A stretch of DNA of 64,000 nt from a virus: positions 1 through 64,000 of IMG/VR virus record IMGVR_UViG_3300046168_000070. One strand, given 5' to 3'. Position 1 is the first letter of the stretch. Each line of letters starts with the position of its first letter. Below are positions 1-9,930 of this stretch, piece by piece. The position numbers and the translations under genes were made by a program. The notes below the pieces were generated by a model. That model saw only the letters and a program-made list of their open reading frames with translations, did no database searches and was not told where the DNA came from.

Positions 1-447
1 GGTGGAGGTTCAACGTATTTAAGCATGGGCACAGATCCCTCTGTGATAAGTTTGGTTAATTTTATAAATAATCAGAGTGGATTTAGCGCGACAACTACAG
101 CAGCGACATCGTTTGAAAACCGATCTCCTCCTGGAACATTGCAAGGAACATACAATTCTACTTATTCTGGAGAAGGTCAAGGCCCCTATGTTGAACAATT
201 TGTAAATTGGATCAATAATTCAGTTGAAAATATCTCTGCCAGAATTACAGTTCCTTATGATAGTGAAACAAACTCAGGTATTGAACTAGATCAGTTTTTA
301 AGACCTCAAGACAGATCTGATATTGTAAAATCTTACACAGATGCAGACGATAATAGGTTTGGGTACAATGACATAAATTTTAATGGTAACAGGGTTATTG
401 TCGCGCTACTCATAGCAATACAGAGGTTGGAGAAGACTCTGGCTTAG
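1..447 (+). CDS. N-terminal fragment (runs off window start) of giant adhesin/tail-fibre-like protein, FG-GAP-type beta-propeller; frameshifted near 400-405
   Basis: Frame 1 is open from base 1. RFGYNDINFNGNRVIV continues as ATHSNTEVGEDSGLVKIFDYNGTEWTQVG in the -1 frame, matching an FG-GAP-like repeat. Confidence 0.65.
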   Translation, partial: GGGSTYLSMGTDPSVISLVNFINNQSGFSATTTAATSFENRSPPGTLQGTYNSTYSGEGQGPYVEQFVNWINNSVENISARITVPYDSETNSGIELDQFLRPQDRSDIVKSYTDADDNRFGYNDINFNGNRVIVALLIAIQRLEKTLA

Positions 448-680
448 TTAAAATTTTTGATTACAACGGCACTGAATGGACTCAAGTAGGCACCACCATA
501 AATGGGCACGAGTCATTAGCTAAAGAAGGTTTAGTTTCTATCAACAAGGTCGGAAACATAATAATTACTGGAGGAATAAATAAAAGAAACTTTAGAATTT
601 TTAAAGAAATTAATAGTGAATGGGTCGAGCAACATTCAGAATCTCACATAATTTCTTCCACAAAAGAAGTTTCGGTAGAT

Positions 681-3548
681 ATGGATTACTCAGGAGACAA
701 CACAATATCAATACAGTCATCTGATGCAGTAGTTCGAACTAGAAAAGAAAGAGAAATACAAATTTACAATGTTAATGGCTTCTTTGATACTAGAGAATGT
801 AGAGATTTTAGTTCAATGTTCCAAAGTTGCCTGATGTTAAATCATTTTGGCGGCAAGCTCGTCTACAACTCTACAGCTTCATCACCAGATGATGTTTTTG
901 GCATAATTGAAGATAAAATATTTGATTCTCTGGCATTCAATTATAAAAGCGCAGTTCGTATGGATAGAATGTTTTTCAATGTTTTTAAAGATTTTGTATC
1001 TGATTTTGTAGACGCACTTGAATCTTTGAAAAGAAGTTTCGCAATATATGGAAGTCGAACATACTATATAGAAAATACCGAAATGTTTCCCATTGAAACA
1101 ATTCAAGAAATAGAAGAGCTTATTTATATATTCTTTAACCTTAGCGACCCCTCAGATCTGCCCATTAAAAATACTGCAACATCTTTATTCTACAGCTCGC
1201 TTGGGATTGAAAGTCTAGCTTCAACAAAACGTATTTATTCAGCTATTAATGCTGGTCAAACAAATAATATAGTTGGATGGACTGTAGAAGCCGATGCCGA
1301 TACGATATTAAGTGATGATGAAATTCCATCAACTATTACAGATAATAGTATTAATACTGCGCTATCAGTTTATTATGATTCGCTAGCGCCATTTTTCGCA
1401 GAAAATGACACATATTCTTTTGTTCCAGAACACAAATCTTTTTTCCTTAATTTTAATGATAGAGAAATAGATTCTGAAATTAGTTTAGGTGGCATATTTT
1501 ACAACAGTCAAAATATTGAGAATGTCGTTTTTTTAAAGAATCCAAATTTTAAAAACAAAATCAACAACATTTCAAGTTCTTTTTTTGATTGTAGGAGATT
1601 AAGAGACTTCATAGATTTAAGGGGCTTCGATTTTAACACTTTACAGACTACAAATAATTTTGCGAGAAATTGCTACCATATTAAGTATATATTTTTCGAT
1701 GATACATTTTTGAGTGAAGGTAATACAACATCTGATATTTCATTTATGTTTTATAACTGTTTTTTACTTCAATCTGTAAATACTGAAAACTGGATAGGCA
1801 ATAATCTATACACGATGGCTCATGTTTTCGCAAATTGCCACTCTATTGAAGTGATTAATTTTTCTAAACTAAATCCAGAAAAATGTTTACTTTTCAATAA
1901 TGCATTTGAAGAATGTAACTCAATTAATGAATTAAACTTAAATAATTTCTCAACTACTTCAGGAATCAGTTTTAATTATATGTTTCAAAACGTGGGTGCA
2001 GCTTATCCTGCATGGGAATTTATTTATGAAGAATACGGCCCTCCAGGTAGTGCTGGTACAGTATCAACTGAGCAGCCTGACCTTGATTACGCCGAAGGAG
2101 TTAATGCCTACTTACTTAATAATTACGTAAGAGATGAGTCTGGTAATATAATACCCCCAAGTTCTGCAATCGATTTTCAATTTTACCGAAATCAAGTTTA
2201 CGGAAATTGGTATTCGCTTTACTATGGAAGTCTTAACAGTTATTATTATGAGAAGGATGGATTTCTTTACATAGTTTTAGATTTTTTAAGAGATAATTTT
2301 TACAGAGAAGCTCAGTTAACGATGCCTACGCAAGAAGAATACACTATGTATATAGATAGAAAATGGGATTACTCGGAAGGATTGGATTCCTTAGACTTAA
2401 CAAGCTTTGATATCTCTAACGCTTACCAAGCAGATAGATCTCCCTACAATACTCGTAGCACAAGTCATTTGGTAAGTACCAGATACCGCGGACTTTTTGA
2501 AGATAAATACTTACCACAGCTATTAGGTAATTCAAGACACTGGAACCCAGATCTTGTGAATGCTTATTCATACGTTTCGCTATTCCTAAAACATAAAGCT
2601 CTTAATAATTATTTTTATTTTGAAAAAATCAATGATTCAGACCACCCATTTGACTACATGGACCAAATGTTTCAGGAATATGAAAAAGCTTATGAAATCG
2701 ATCCAACTCCTTCGTTAGCGTATTCGCTTTCCTCCCCCCTTTATCCTTTTTATACTAATTACAACAATGGCCTTTCTGGTGGCATAACTGGCATGTTCAA
2801 AGGGTTAACTATTAATACTTTAACCATACCCGAAAATTTTAAAATAAATAATCATTCCAAAAAATTCGCTAATGTGGATCTTTCCAGTGGCACTGCATCA
2901 CTTATGAAAGATATAATGGAGACAAAAAGTTCAAAATTATTTTATAGCGAAAATGAAATTTTAGATTTTGTTAATAATTCGAACTGGGATCCTACGAATT
3001 CTACAACTTCTAATAACCCCCTTTATGGCGACTTTGTTATAGCTTTATCACCATCTTGCAAAGAACTGTTTTTTAGGATTAGAGTAAATGAATTAAATAT
3101 TTCCAATGAATTCTTAGAAAGCTTATCGGCAACTAGAGATATATCTGGATTATTTAGCTCAGCATGTTGTAGAAACTTTAATGAAAATTGGGCGTTAAAA
3201 CCTAGTGAGTTTAATCGTTCTTCGTACGTTTCTGGAGGCGCAATAAAAACTAATCTGACCGATTTTTCAAAAATCGACACCAGCTCAGCTTTAATTTTTA
3301 CTTCCGCTTTTGGGGAAGCGATGCTTGAAAACTTAGATTTATCTACATTAAATACAAATAATGCTTTTGATCTTACATACACATTTGCCCGCTGGGACTT
3401 AAGCCTAAACCCCCTAGTTCTTTCAAGCATGGATACATCTAACGTTCGTTCAATGGTTGGAACCTTCTCATACATAAAGGATCTTAGCTCGCTAACAACA
3501 GTACCTAACTCAGTAGATCTATCTTTTTTAAATTTTAAAAAGTTGTAA
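681..3548 (+). CDS. Middle fragment of giant adhesin-like protein with BspA/DUF285-type leucine-rich repeats (frame open from 390)
   Basis: Repeats such as LDLSTLNTNNAFDLTYTF, SMDTSNVRSMVGTFS and LNLNNFSTTSGISFNYMF. No stop in this frame between 390 and 681. Confidence 0.7.
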   Translation: MDYSGDNTISIQSSDAVVRTRKEREIQIYNVNGFFDTRECRDFSSMFQSCLMLNHFGGKLVYNSTASSPDDVFGIIEDKIFDSLAFNYKSAVRMDRMFFNVFKDFVSDFVDALESLKRSFAIYGSRTYYIENTEMFPIETIQEIEELIYIFFNLSDPSDLPIKNTATSLFYSSLGIESLASTKRIYSAINAGQTNNIVGWTVEADADTILSDDEIPSTITDNSINTALSVYYDSLAPFFAENDTYSFVPEHKSFFLNFNDREIDSEISLGGIFYNSQNIENVVFLKNPNFKNKINNISSSFFDCRRLRDFIDLRGFDFNTLQTTNNFARNCYHIKYIFFDDTFLSEGNTTSDISFMFYNCFLLQSVNTENWIGNNLYTMAHVFANCHSIEVINFSKLNPEKCLLFNNAFEECNSINELNLNNFSTTSGISFNYMFQNVGAAYPAWEFIYEEYGPPGSAGTVSTEQPDLDYAEGVNAYLLNNYVRDESGNIIPPSSAIDFQFYRNQVYGNWYSLYYGSLNSYYYEKDGFLYIVLDFLRDNFYREAQLTMPTQEEYTMYIDRKWDYSEGLDSLDLTSFDISNAYQADRSPYNTRSTSHLVSTRYRGLFEDKYLPQLLGNSRHWNPDLVNAYSYVSLFLKHKALNNYFYFEKINDSDHPFDYMDQMFQEYEKAYEIDPTPSLAYSLSSPLYPFYTNYNNGLSGGITGMFKGLTINTLTIPENFKINNHSKKFANVDLSSGTASLMKDIMETKSSKLFYSENEILDFVNNSNWDPTNSTTSNNPLYGDFVIALSPSCKELFFRIRVNELNISNEFLESLSATRDISGLFSSACCRNFNENWALKPSEFNRSSYVSGGAIKTNLTDFSKIDTSSALIFTSAFGEAMLENLDLSTLNTNNAFDLTYTFARWDLSLNPLVLSSMDTSNVRSMVGTFSYIKDLSSLTTVPNSVDLSFLNFKKL

Positions 3549-3568
3549 ACATTGGTGAAATATTTAGA

Positions 3569-6500
3569 ATGACTCATGTTAATATTATAACGATGCCGAC
3601 TTCTCGTCATTTATTTAAAACCAGTGCTGATACTAATTTATTCAATATATCTTATGCTTTTAATGGGGATCAGACCAAATATAGCCCTAATGAAGCTTTT
3701 TATTTCAATAATATTAAAGAAATGTTTGATAAAATTAATTTGTTCATACGCAACATATGCCTAGGAGATACCTCTGATCTTACAAGTCTATCTAATTTAT
3801 TTGATAGAAGATTTCCACGACTATCATTTAATCACCGACCCATACATGGAAGATTAACATCTCTAAATGAAAACCAAAGTGATTATAATTCAATAGTAGA
3901 CCCAAACTATACATCACGCCAAGACTTTTTAGATAATGAAAGTGAATATAATTACAGGGCGTTCGGGCCTGTCTTCTTTTTTGATGATGATTTAACAGAC
4001 CTCTCAAACCAAGATTACATATTAGATGTTACTCCGCTAGATATGGGAGGGTTTAGGCAAAACAACATCCAGCAAGATTGGCGTTATATGTTCTCTGATA
4101 TAGCAGTAAAAGGAATTAAAGGTATAAATGAAATCAATTTTGACGTAAGAAAATTAGAGTCTTATGGAACTTACAGATTAAGTAATATGTTCCAGTTTTA
4201 CCTTTACCACTCTTTTACGAATTACAGAACTTATCCTTCAGCAGCAACAAACGGCTTCGTAGGCTCAGTAGGCTCAATAAACGAGGTTCTATTACACGCA
4301 ATAGACATATCCCATTGGTGTACAGAAGGAACAAGCGAGCCATCTCGTTTTGTGTACGGAATGAGCGCAATCACTAAAGAAGTCGTACTTATTGATTACA
4401 ATACATCGCCCCCCTCAGAATACGTCACATTCAGAGCGCCAGACTGGGGCTTGGCATGCAATATAAACTTAGAATATACAATATCTAATATTACACCAGG
4501 TTCAAGAGTTCAAGTATATAACCTAACTCAAACATATGAGGTTTATAATGATATAGTCAATGCAAATTCATTGGTAGATTATTTTACTCAAAACGAGATT
4601 CAAGAAGGTGATAAAATAAGGGTAAGAGTTACTTATGTAAATGGAACTTCAGCTAATCAGCCTATAGAACTAATTGAAGAAATTCAATATCCAGGCTTAA
4701 ATATTTCTCTTGATACATCAAGCTCTACAATTTACAATGCAATTGCTATTGATGGTAGTAGTGTCGCAGAGTTTGAAGCTGTGAACTATTCTCAATCTAA
4801 TAAGCCACCAATAATTGAAATCAATGATACAAACAATGAAACTTTTGTAAATAGATTTATAGCTTGGTATTTCAATGAAATAACAACAGAGAACGGAATA
4901 AGTTATTTATATAATGCTTTTATAATTAAATCTGTAAATCAAGTAATAATTAATCCTGATAATAATTTTTATTCCAGCTGGTATTATGGAAAGTTTATAG
5001 GCGCAACAAAATTTAACAATACAAAATTAGATACATTATATTTTAAAAATGGATCAATATATCCATCAGATGGCTCATCTCCTAAAACAGAAGATAGTAA
5101 TGAAATTATTTTTGATGATTTTATTATTGATTTATCAGCGAAAGATGGGAGTTACGCAGGGCTAGACGTCGAATTTGTTTTAGTGGAAACGGGAAGCTTC
5201 GAGGCTAACGTAAGCACGGATTGTATAGATTGCTTGGGTTCGGAAACCACTCAAGAAGTTTTAATAACAGAAGAGTTTTATATAGCTAAAACGGAAGTAA
5301 CTCAATCTCAATATGAACTAATAACTCGCAACAACAACTTAGGTTTAAGCACGAACCCAAGTCAGTATACTGGGCCCAATTTACCAGTTGAGCAAGTCTC
5401 ATGGGATAATGTTCAAGATTTCTTCACTATACTAAATACTGAATATTTAGACATTCTACCAATAGGGTGGAGCTTTAGTCTACCCTCAGAAGCTGAGTGG
5501 GAATTTGCAGGCAGAGGAGGAGTTAACTCTGGATACTACTGGGGAGATACAATTGATTCATCGAAAGCTAATTATAATTGGGACGGTGGTCAAAACGATG
5601 GGAGTGATACTAACAAAACGGTCGATGTAAGCACTTTTGCCCCAAATCCTCTAGGACTTCTTGATATTCACGGTAATGTATCTGAATGGGTATTAGATCC
5701 ATTTCAAATGCAATACCCTGGGACATCTACTAAAGATCCAAATGATTATCCTTATGGAGTAGCTATAGATCCATTCTCTTTTGCGAATTCAGACGAAAGA
5801 ATAATTAAAGGAGGCGCGTGGAACGATGGAGCAGACGCATTAAAATTCGCATATAGATCGAAAGCTCTAAAAAACGCAAAGAGTCGTTCATTAGGGTTCA
5901 GAATAGCCATACGAAAATCTCCCCTTGTATTGTTTAACAGAGATACTTTTATTTTAGTAACCTTTGATACCTCAGGATCTATGTCTGGAGCTGAACCGCA
6001 AATAAGAGCAGCTCTTTCTGGTGGTTACTTTAAGCAAGGTAGCACTACAGAAAGAAGCCCAGAGTCAGTTAGGGCAGTCCTACAAGATTATTATGCCACA
6101 GGAGGAACAGAATTTGAAGGTAATACTAACCCTGCAACAAATGGAAGAGACGAATACGACGCAAAAGTACGATTTATAGAAGATCCATCAGAAAGGCATT
6201 GGGAATATATAAGAAATAGTAAAGGGACGGGTTTAGGGGTAGGAGTGGGTGACGATTTTGAAGGAGCTAAAGCTATTATATCTTTAGCCTTTCAGGATGA
6301 GTCAAGTCCTTACGGTAACAGCGCCACCAACACCCAAAGCCAACAGGATGTATCAAATTTAAAAGCAGAAATACTAGCTCTACCAAACAGTGTTTTATTC
6401 TTTGGTCATGCTTTCCACGTAACAGGGACTGCTGCATTCAAAACTTACCTGCAAGACATTCAAAACGGAAAGTCGGGACTTAGCAGTAATTTTACTTTTC

Positions 6501-6631
6501 AAGATGAGCCATGGAATGAAATGATTGGATTTTCATATGATTTAAATGAAAATGAATCTACTTTATTTTTTAGGAATAAAATTTTAGAAGCCATAGAGGA
6601 TAAGGGTTATCAATTACCTGATTTATTTTAA
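3569..6631 (+). CDS. C-terminal fragment of giant adhesin-like protein: tail-fibre-like module, FGE-sulfatase (CLec-fold) domain, vWA-like domain
   Basis: FYIAKTEVTQSQY, LPVEQVSW, LPSEAEWEFAGRGG, PNPLGLLDIHGNVSEW and SLGFRIA are FGE-sulfatase motifs. FDTSGSMS is a MIDAS-like DxSxS motif. Confidence 0.8.
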   Translation: MTHVNIITMPTSRHLFKTSADTNLFNISYAFNGDQTKYSPNEAFYFNNIKEMFDKINLFIRNICLGDTSDLTSLSNLFDRRFPRLSFNHRPIHGRLTSLNENQSDYNSIVDPNYTSRQDFLDNESEYNYRAFGPVFFFDDDLTDLSNQDYILDVTPLDMGGFRQNNIQQDWRYMFSDIAVKGIKGINEINFDVRKLESYGTYRLSNMFQFYLYHSFTNYRTYPSAATNGFVGSVGSINEVLLHAIDISHWCTEGTSEPSRFVYGMSAITKEVVLIDYNTSPPSEYVTFRAPDWGLACNINLEYTISNITPGSRVQVYNLTQTYEVYNDIVNANSLVDYFTQNEIQEGDKIRVRVTYVNGTSANQPIELIEEIQYPGLNISLDTSSSTIYNAIAIDGSSVAEFEAVNYSQSNKPPIIEINDTNNETFVNRFIAWYFNEITTENGISYLYNAFIIKSVNQVIINPDNNFYSSWYYGKFIGATKFNNTKLDTLYFKNGSIYPSDGSSPKTEDSNEIIFDDFIIDLSAKDGSYAGLDVEFVLVETGSFEANVSTDCIDCLGSETTQEVLITEEFYIAKTEVTQSQYELITRNNNLGLSTNPSQYTGPNLPVEQVSWDNVQDFFTILNTEYLDILPIGWSFSLPSEAEWEFAGRGGVNSGYYWGDTIDSSKANYNWDGGQNDGSDTNKTVDVSTFAPNPLGLLDIHGNVSEWVLDPFQMQYPGTSTKDPNDYPYGVAIDPFSFANSDERIIKGGAWNDGADALKFAYRSKALKNAKSRSLGFRIAIRKSPLVLFNRDTFILVTFDTSGSMSGAEPQIRAALSGGYFKQGSTTERSPESVRAVLQDYYATGGTEFEGNTNPATNGRDEYDAKVRFIEDPSERHWEYIRNSKGTGLGVGVGDDFEGAKAIISLAFQDESSPYGNSATNTQSQQDVSNLKAEILALPNSVLFFGHAFHVTGTAAFKTYLQDIQNGKSGLSSNFTFQDEPWNEMIGFSYDLNENESTLFFRNKILEAIEDKGYQLPDLF

Positions 6632-6643
6632 ATCAATTTGATA

Positions 6644-6672
6644 TTGACTTTGATCTTTATTCAGTCTATAAT
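6644..6672 (+). promoter_or_regulatory. Sigma70-like promoter of nrdB
   Basis: TTGACT-17 bp-TATAAT. Confidence 0.8.
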
Positions 6673-6688
6673 CGTTATATATAAAATT

Positions 6689-7702
6689 ATGAAAGATAAA
6701 ACAGGAGAACTACTAACAAAAAATATTGCAGGGGTAAATAGAATTTTACCTCATAAACATAAATACGCATGGGATTTATTTTTAAAAAGTTGCGCTAATA
6801 ATTGGATGCCTACAGAGATATCAATGCAAAACGATATTCAGCAGTGGAAAAATAACGAAATTACAGATGATGAAAAACTTCTAGTTAAGCGTTGTCTTGG
6901 CTTTTTTGCTGGGAGCGAGTCCTTAGTTGGCAATAATCTACTTCTTTCGGCATTTAAATTTGTCACTGACGCTGAATGCCGACAGTACATATTGCGCCAG
7001 GCATTCGAAGAAAGCTTGCATAATCTTACGGTAGTTTATATATGCGATAGTTTAGATCTGGATATTGAAGAAGTTTTTACTGCGTATGAAACTATTCCTA
7101 GTATAAAAGCTAAAGATGACTTTCTAATGAGTATTACTAACGATATTACCCGTCAAGATTTTAACCCACACAACAAAGAAGGTAAACAAGAAATACTAAG
7201 AAACTTCTTAACTTACTGGATCGTCTGCGAAGGAACTTTCTTTTTTAGTGGCTTTGCAATGTTACTTGCTTTAGGTAGGCAAAATAAACTGCAAGGAGTT
7301 TCTGACCAAATAAAATATACATTAAGAGATGAAAGTTCTCACATTGCATTCGGAACTTATTTAATTAATACATTAATTGAGCAGAACCCATCAATATGGA
7401 CTAAAGCTATTCAAGATGAATTCGTAGAGCATATAAAGAAAGCTGTAGAGTTAGAAATAGCATATGCTCATGATGTACTTCCAACAGGAATACTAGGATT
7501 AAATGCAGAAATGTTTGTAGATTACATGCATTATATAGGCAACAGAAGATTAGAAGCTATAGGCTTAGATTATCGCTTTCCGAGCGACAAAAACCCATTT
7601 CCATGGCTAGGAGAAGTAGTAGATGTTCAAGCTATGGGCAACTTCTTTGAGAGAAGGGTTAGAGAGTACCAACAAAGTGGATCTCTAGAAGACGATTTTT
7701 AA
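6689..7702 (+). CDS. nrdB: Ribonucleotide reductase class I beta subunit (R2), class Ic-like signature
   Basis: W-x-P-x-E, GFFAGSESLVGNN, FEESLH, CEGTFFFSGF, RDESSH and C-terminal NFFERRVREY. ATG 6689 is preferred because the ORF-track TTG overlaps the promoter. Confidence 0.95.
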   Translation: MKDKTGELLTKNIAGVNRILPHKHKYAWDLFLKSCANNWMPTEISMQNDIQQWKNNEITDDEKLLVKRCLGFFAGSESLVGNNLLLSAFKFVTDAECRQYILRQAFEESLHNLTVVYICDSLDLDIEEVFTAYETIPSIKAKDDFLMSITNDITRQDFNPHNKEGKQEILRNFLTYWIVCEGTFFFSGFAMLLALGRQNKLQGVSDQIKYTLRDESSHIAFGTYLINTLIEQNPSIWTKAIQDEFVEHIKKAVELEIAYAHDVLPTGILGLNAEMFVDYMHYIGNRRLEAIGLDYRFPSDKNPFPWLGEVVDVQAMGNFFERRVREYQQSGSLEDDF

Positions 7703-9094
7703 TTATTTATTACTCGACCTTTTAGCTTTTTCTAAAGCTTCTTTGGATGGGCGATCTTTATCTCCAGGTTTCGCTGGTTTATAATTTTTGCCCATCCTTT
7801 TTTTCTTGTCTCTAATATTTTCCCATAAACCTTTTTTATGTCCAGGAGCATGACCAGCTTCAGAATCTTGTTTAATTTTCTTTTGTAATTCTTCATGAGT
7901 TTTTCCTGGCATAAACATAGTTTTTCCATTCTGTTTTTGCTCGTGTATTCCATTTAGTCCTAGTTTCTTTGCGGCTTGCATAGCTTCACCAGGATTGTCA
8001 AAAATATATTTAGCTTGGGATTCGGCAGCCTTTGAATCTTCTTTCTTAGACTCTTTTTTATCTTTTGATTTGTCAGATTCTTTATCTTTTTTTTCGTCAG
8101 GTTTACCACCTTTCTTCTTCATAATAGCTTTTTGTAAAGCAGGGGGTAATTTCTTTTGCTCTTTAGAGAGTTCCGCTTCTATATCTTCTTTAAAAATTCC
8201 ATCAAAATCAGCTTGGGACTCATCAAGTAAATCAAATTTTTTAATATCTAAATCAACTTCTATACGCTCTTCTTGAGTGATTCCCCAATCTCCATCATCC
8301 TCAAGATACACGCTGGATGCTTTAGCTACGTCTTGGTCAGCTTTACGATAAGAATCTTTGACTTTACCACCCCTTTTCATTTTCAAAAACATATTGACTC
8401 TAGCCATTGCCCATCCACCCCTTGTCATGCCAGGTCGATGAGAGGTAGAGAAAGCTCCAGCTCCTCTTCTATATATTTTTTTTAATTGTCCAAGAGTAAC
8501 TTTTTTACTTGGATGTTTTTTATTGTGATCAGAAACTTTTTGCTTTAAACCACTTATAACTTTTTCTGAAAATGTAATCTTTGAACCTTTTTCTCCAGCA
8601 CTCCCAGCTTTATTTTTGTTTGAACCTTTTTTCTTCTCTGAAGGTTTGGCTGGAGTTTGAGCGGCGCTTTTAGGACCAGACCTAGCCTCGCTTTCGTCTA
8701 AAAATTCTACCATTTCTTGCTCAGTACCATCTTCCCCCTTGGTCATTTTAGTAACACTCTTCTTACTCCACATCTTACAACTCCAATATTTAGCCTTAGT
8801 CTTAGGTCCAGGATTGTCGCAGCCATGTCTAGCTCTAAAGCTTTTTCGTCTTGCAGGATCATCTCGCTTTATAGACATATTCGGATCTCCGAAATTAACT
8901 TTTACCACATTACCTTTATCATTTTTAACATAAACTGAAAACTTCTTCGGTCCACCAGGAGTCCTGAATGGTTTATTTAACTTTTTCCCTTTATTTTTTT
9001 CAGCAGCCCAAGCTTCTTCTGAAATAACTTCTTCAGTTCCTTGTTGCGCTAATAACTGATCTTTAATTTGTTTGGTAAAATCTAATTCTTTCAT
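7703..9094 (-). CDS. Highly basic multi-module phage protein (DUF6321-like and DUF5824-like modules)
   Basis: KKFSVYVKNDKGNVVKVNFGD...RRKSFRARHGC...YWSC and YRRGAGAFSTSHRPG...WAMARVN resemble small basic modules recalled from marine viruses. Confidence 0.7.
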   Translation of the reverse strand: MKELDFTKQIKDQLLAQQGTEEVISEEAWAAEKNKGKKLNKPFRTPGGPKKFSVYVKNDKGNVVKVNFGDPNMSIKRDDPARRKSFRARHGCDNPGPKTKAKYWSCKMWSKKSVTKMTKGEDGTEQEMVEFLDESEARSGPKSAAQTPAKPSEKKKGSNKNKAGSAGEKGSKITFSEKVISGLKQKVSDHNKKHPSKKVTLGQLKKIYRRGAGAFSTSHRPGMTRGGWAMARVNMFLKMKRGGKVKDSYRKADQDVAKASSVYLEDDGDWGITQEERIEVDLDIKKFDLLDESQADFDGIFKEDIEAELSKEQKKLPPALQKAIMKKKGGKPDEKKDKESDKSKDKKESKKEDSKAAESQAKYIFDNPGEAMQAAKKLGLNGIHEQKQNGKTMFMPGKTHEELQKKIKQDSEAGHAPGHKKGLWENIRDKKKRMGKNYKPAKPGDKDRPSKEALEKAKRSSNK

Positions 9095-9102
9095 AAGGGA
9101 AT

Positions 9103-9108
9103 TTACAC
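9103..9108 (-). promoter_or_regulatory. GTGTAA element, 8 nt upstream of ATG 9094
   Basis: ttacac on + strand; recurring motif. Confidence 0.65.
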
Positions 9109-9147
9109 ATTATTTATTTAATAAATAAAACTTTTTATATTTTTTGT

Positions 9148-9153
9148 GTGTAA
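9148..9153 (+). promoter_or_regulatory. GTGTAA element, 8 nt upstream of ATG 9162
   Basis: Divergent partner of the 9103-9108 element. Confidence 0.65.
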
Positions 9154-9161
9154 TATTGATT

Positions 9162-9557
9162 ATGGAATATAGTAAACAAGGAGTACCAGGAAAACTTATT
9201 AATACTCAAGTAGCTTCAGCCAATCTTGGTGAAGTTACTGAGTTTGAGGGGCAAAGAATTCAATCTGCTTATTTTTCAACTTGTGGAGATACGATAGGCA
9301 TACAAGCTCCAGAAGGTAGATCAATTGTAATAACTGACGTAATTCATGGGGCTACAGGAGGCACTACTGGAGATAGTACTGATTTAGAGCTATGCTATAA
9401 AGACTCAAAATCATCCTTAGCTTCGGCTAGAGTAGTTTTTCTAGTTATGCCAGCAAGAACAACCCATACTTTTTTTACTCCAATTTTATTACCTCAAAGT
9501 AAATTTTTAAACTTTAGAGCTGGATCTGATCTCACAATTTGCTATTACATAGTTTAG
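9162..9557 (+). CDS. Hypothetical protein, beta-rich, possibly structural
   Basis: ORF; ATG 9162 follows a GTGTAA element. Confidence 0.7.
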   Translation: MEYSKQGVPGKLINTQVASANLGEVTEFEGQRIQSAYFSTCGDTIGIQAPEGRSIVITDVIHGATGGTTGDSTDLELCYKDSKSSLASARVVFLVMPARTTHTFFTPILLPQSKFLNFRAGSDLTICYYIV

Positions 9558-9559
9558 TC

Positions 9560-9588
9560 TTGACTTTTATATAAATATCACCTATAAT
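9560..9588 (+). promoter_or_regulatory. Sigma70-like promoter of recA operon
   Basis: TTGACT-17 bp-TATAAT. Confidence 0.8.
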
Positions 9589-9591
9589 CAT

Positions 9592-9930
9592 ATGGTGATT
9601 AAAAATAAAAACAAAAAAGACATTCTTGCCAACATAGTAAATATTCCTAAAACTCAAAAACGAGCATTTTGGGCGCGTGAATTTAAAATCTTAAATGACT
9701 TAATGAGGCTATTCCCTAATGAATCTTTCTGGAATTTAATCAACTTTAAAGAAAAAAAAGACTCTTTAATATTTTATAAGTCAGAACACGGAATAAAAGT
9801 ACTTAAAACATTATATAATGAATATAATTATCAACCTAGAGTCACTCCCAAAATTGAGTTAGGCGAAAAATTTGGTGAAGATAAGATTATATCAAGCAAT
9901 AAAAACACAATTAAAAACTTTTTATCATAA
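9592..9930 (+). CDS. Hypothetical protein
   Basis: ORF whose stop overlaps the recA ATG; true start may be GTG 9595. Confidence 0.7.
   Translation: MVIKNKNKKDILANIVNIPKTQKRAFWAREFKILNDLMRLFPNESFWNLINFKEKKDSLIFYKSEHGIKVLKTLYNEYNYQPRVTPKIELGEKFGEDKIISSNKNTIKNFLS

Noticed and set aside
375-381. Canonical -1 slippery heptamer A AAT TTT as the cause of the first frameshift
   Set aside because: The -1 frame hits TAA immediately (381-383) and again at 387-389, so the shift must lie after 389
3527-3533. Slippery heptamer T TTA AAT as the cause of the second frameshift
   Set aside because: The -1 frame hits TAA at 3536-3538. Only the A5 run at 3537-3541 gives a productive join
5160-5915. Diversity-generating retroelement target (CLec/FGE domain ending GFR)
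   Set aside because: No template repeat or reverse transcriptase was seen in the window, and the domain is internal rather than C-terminal. This cannot be excluded for the rest of the genome
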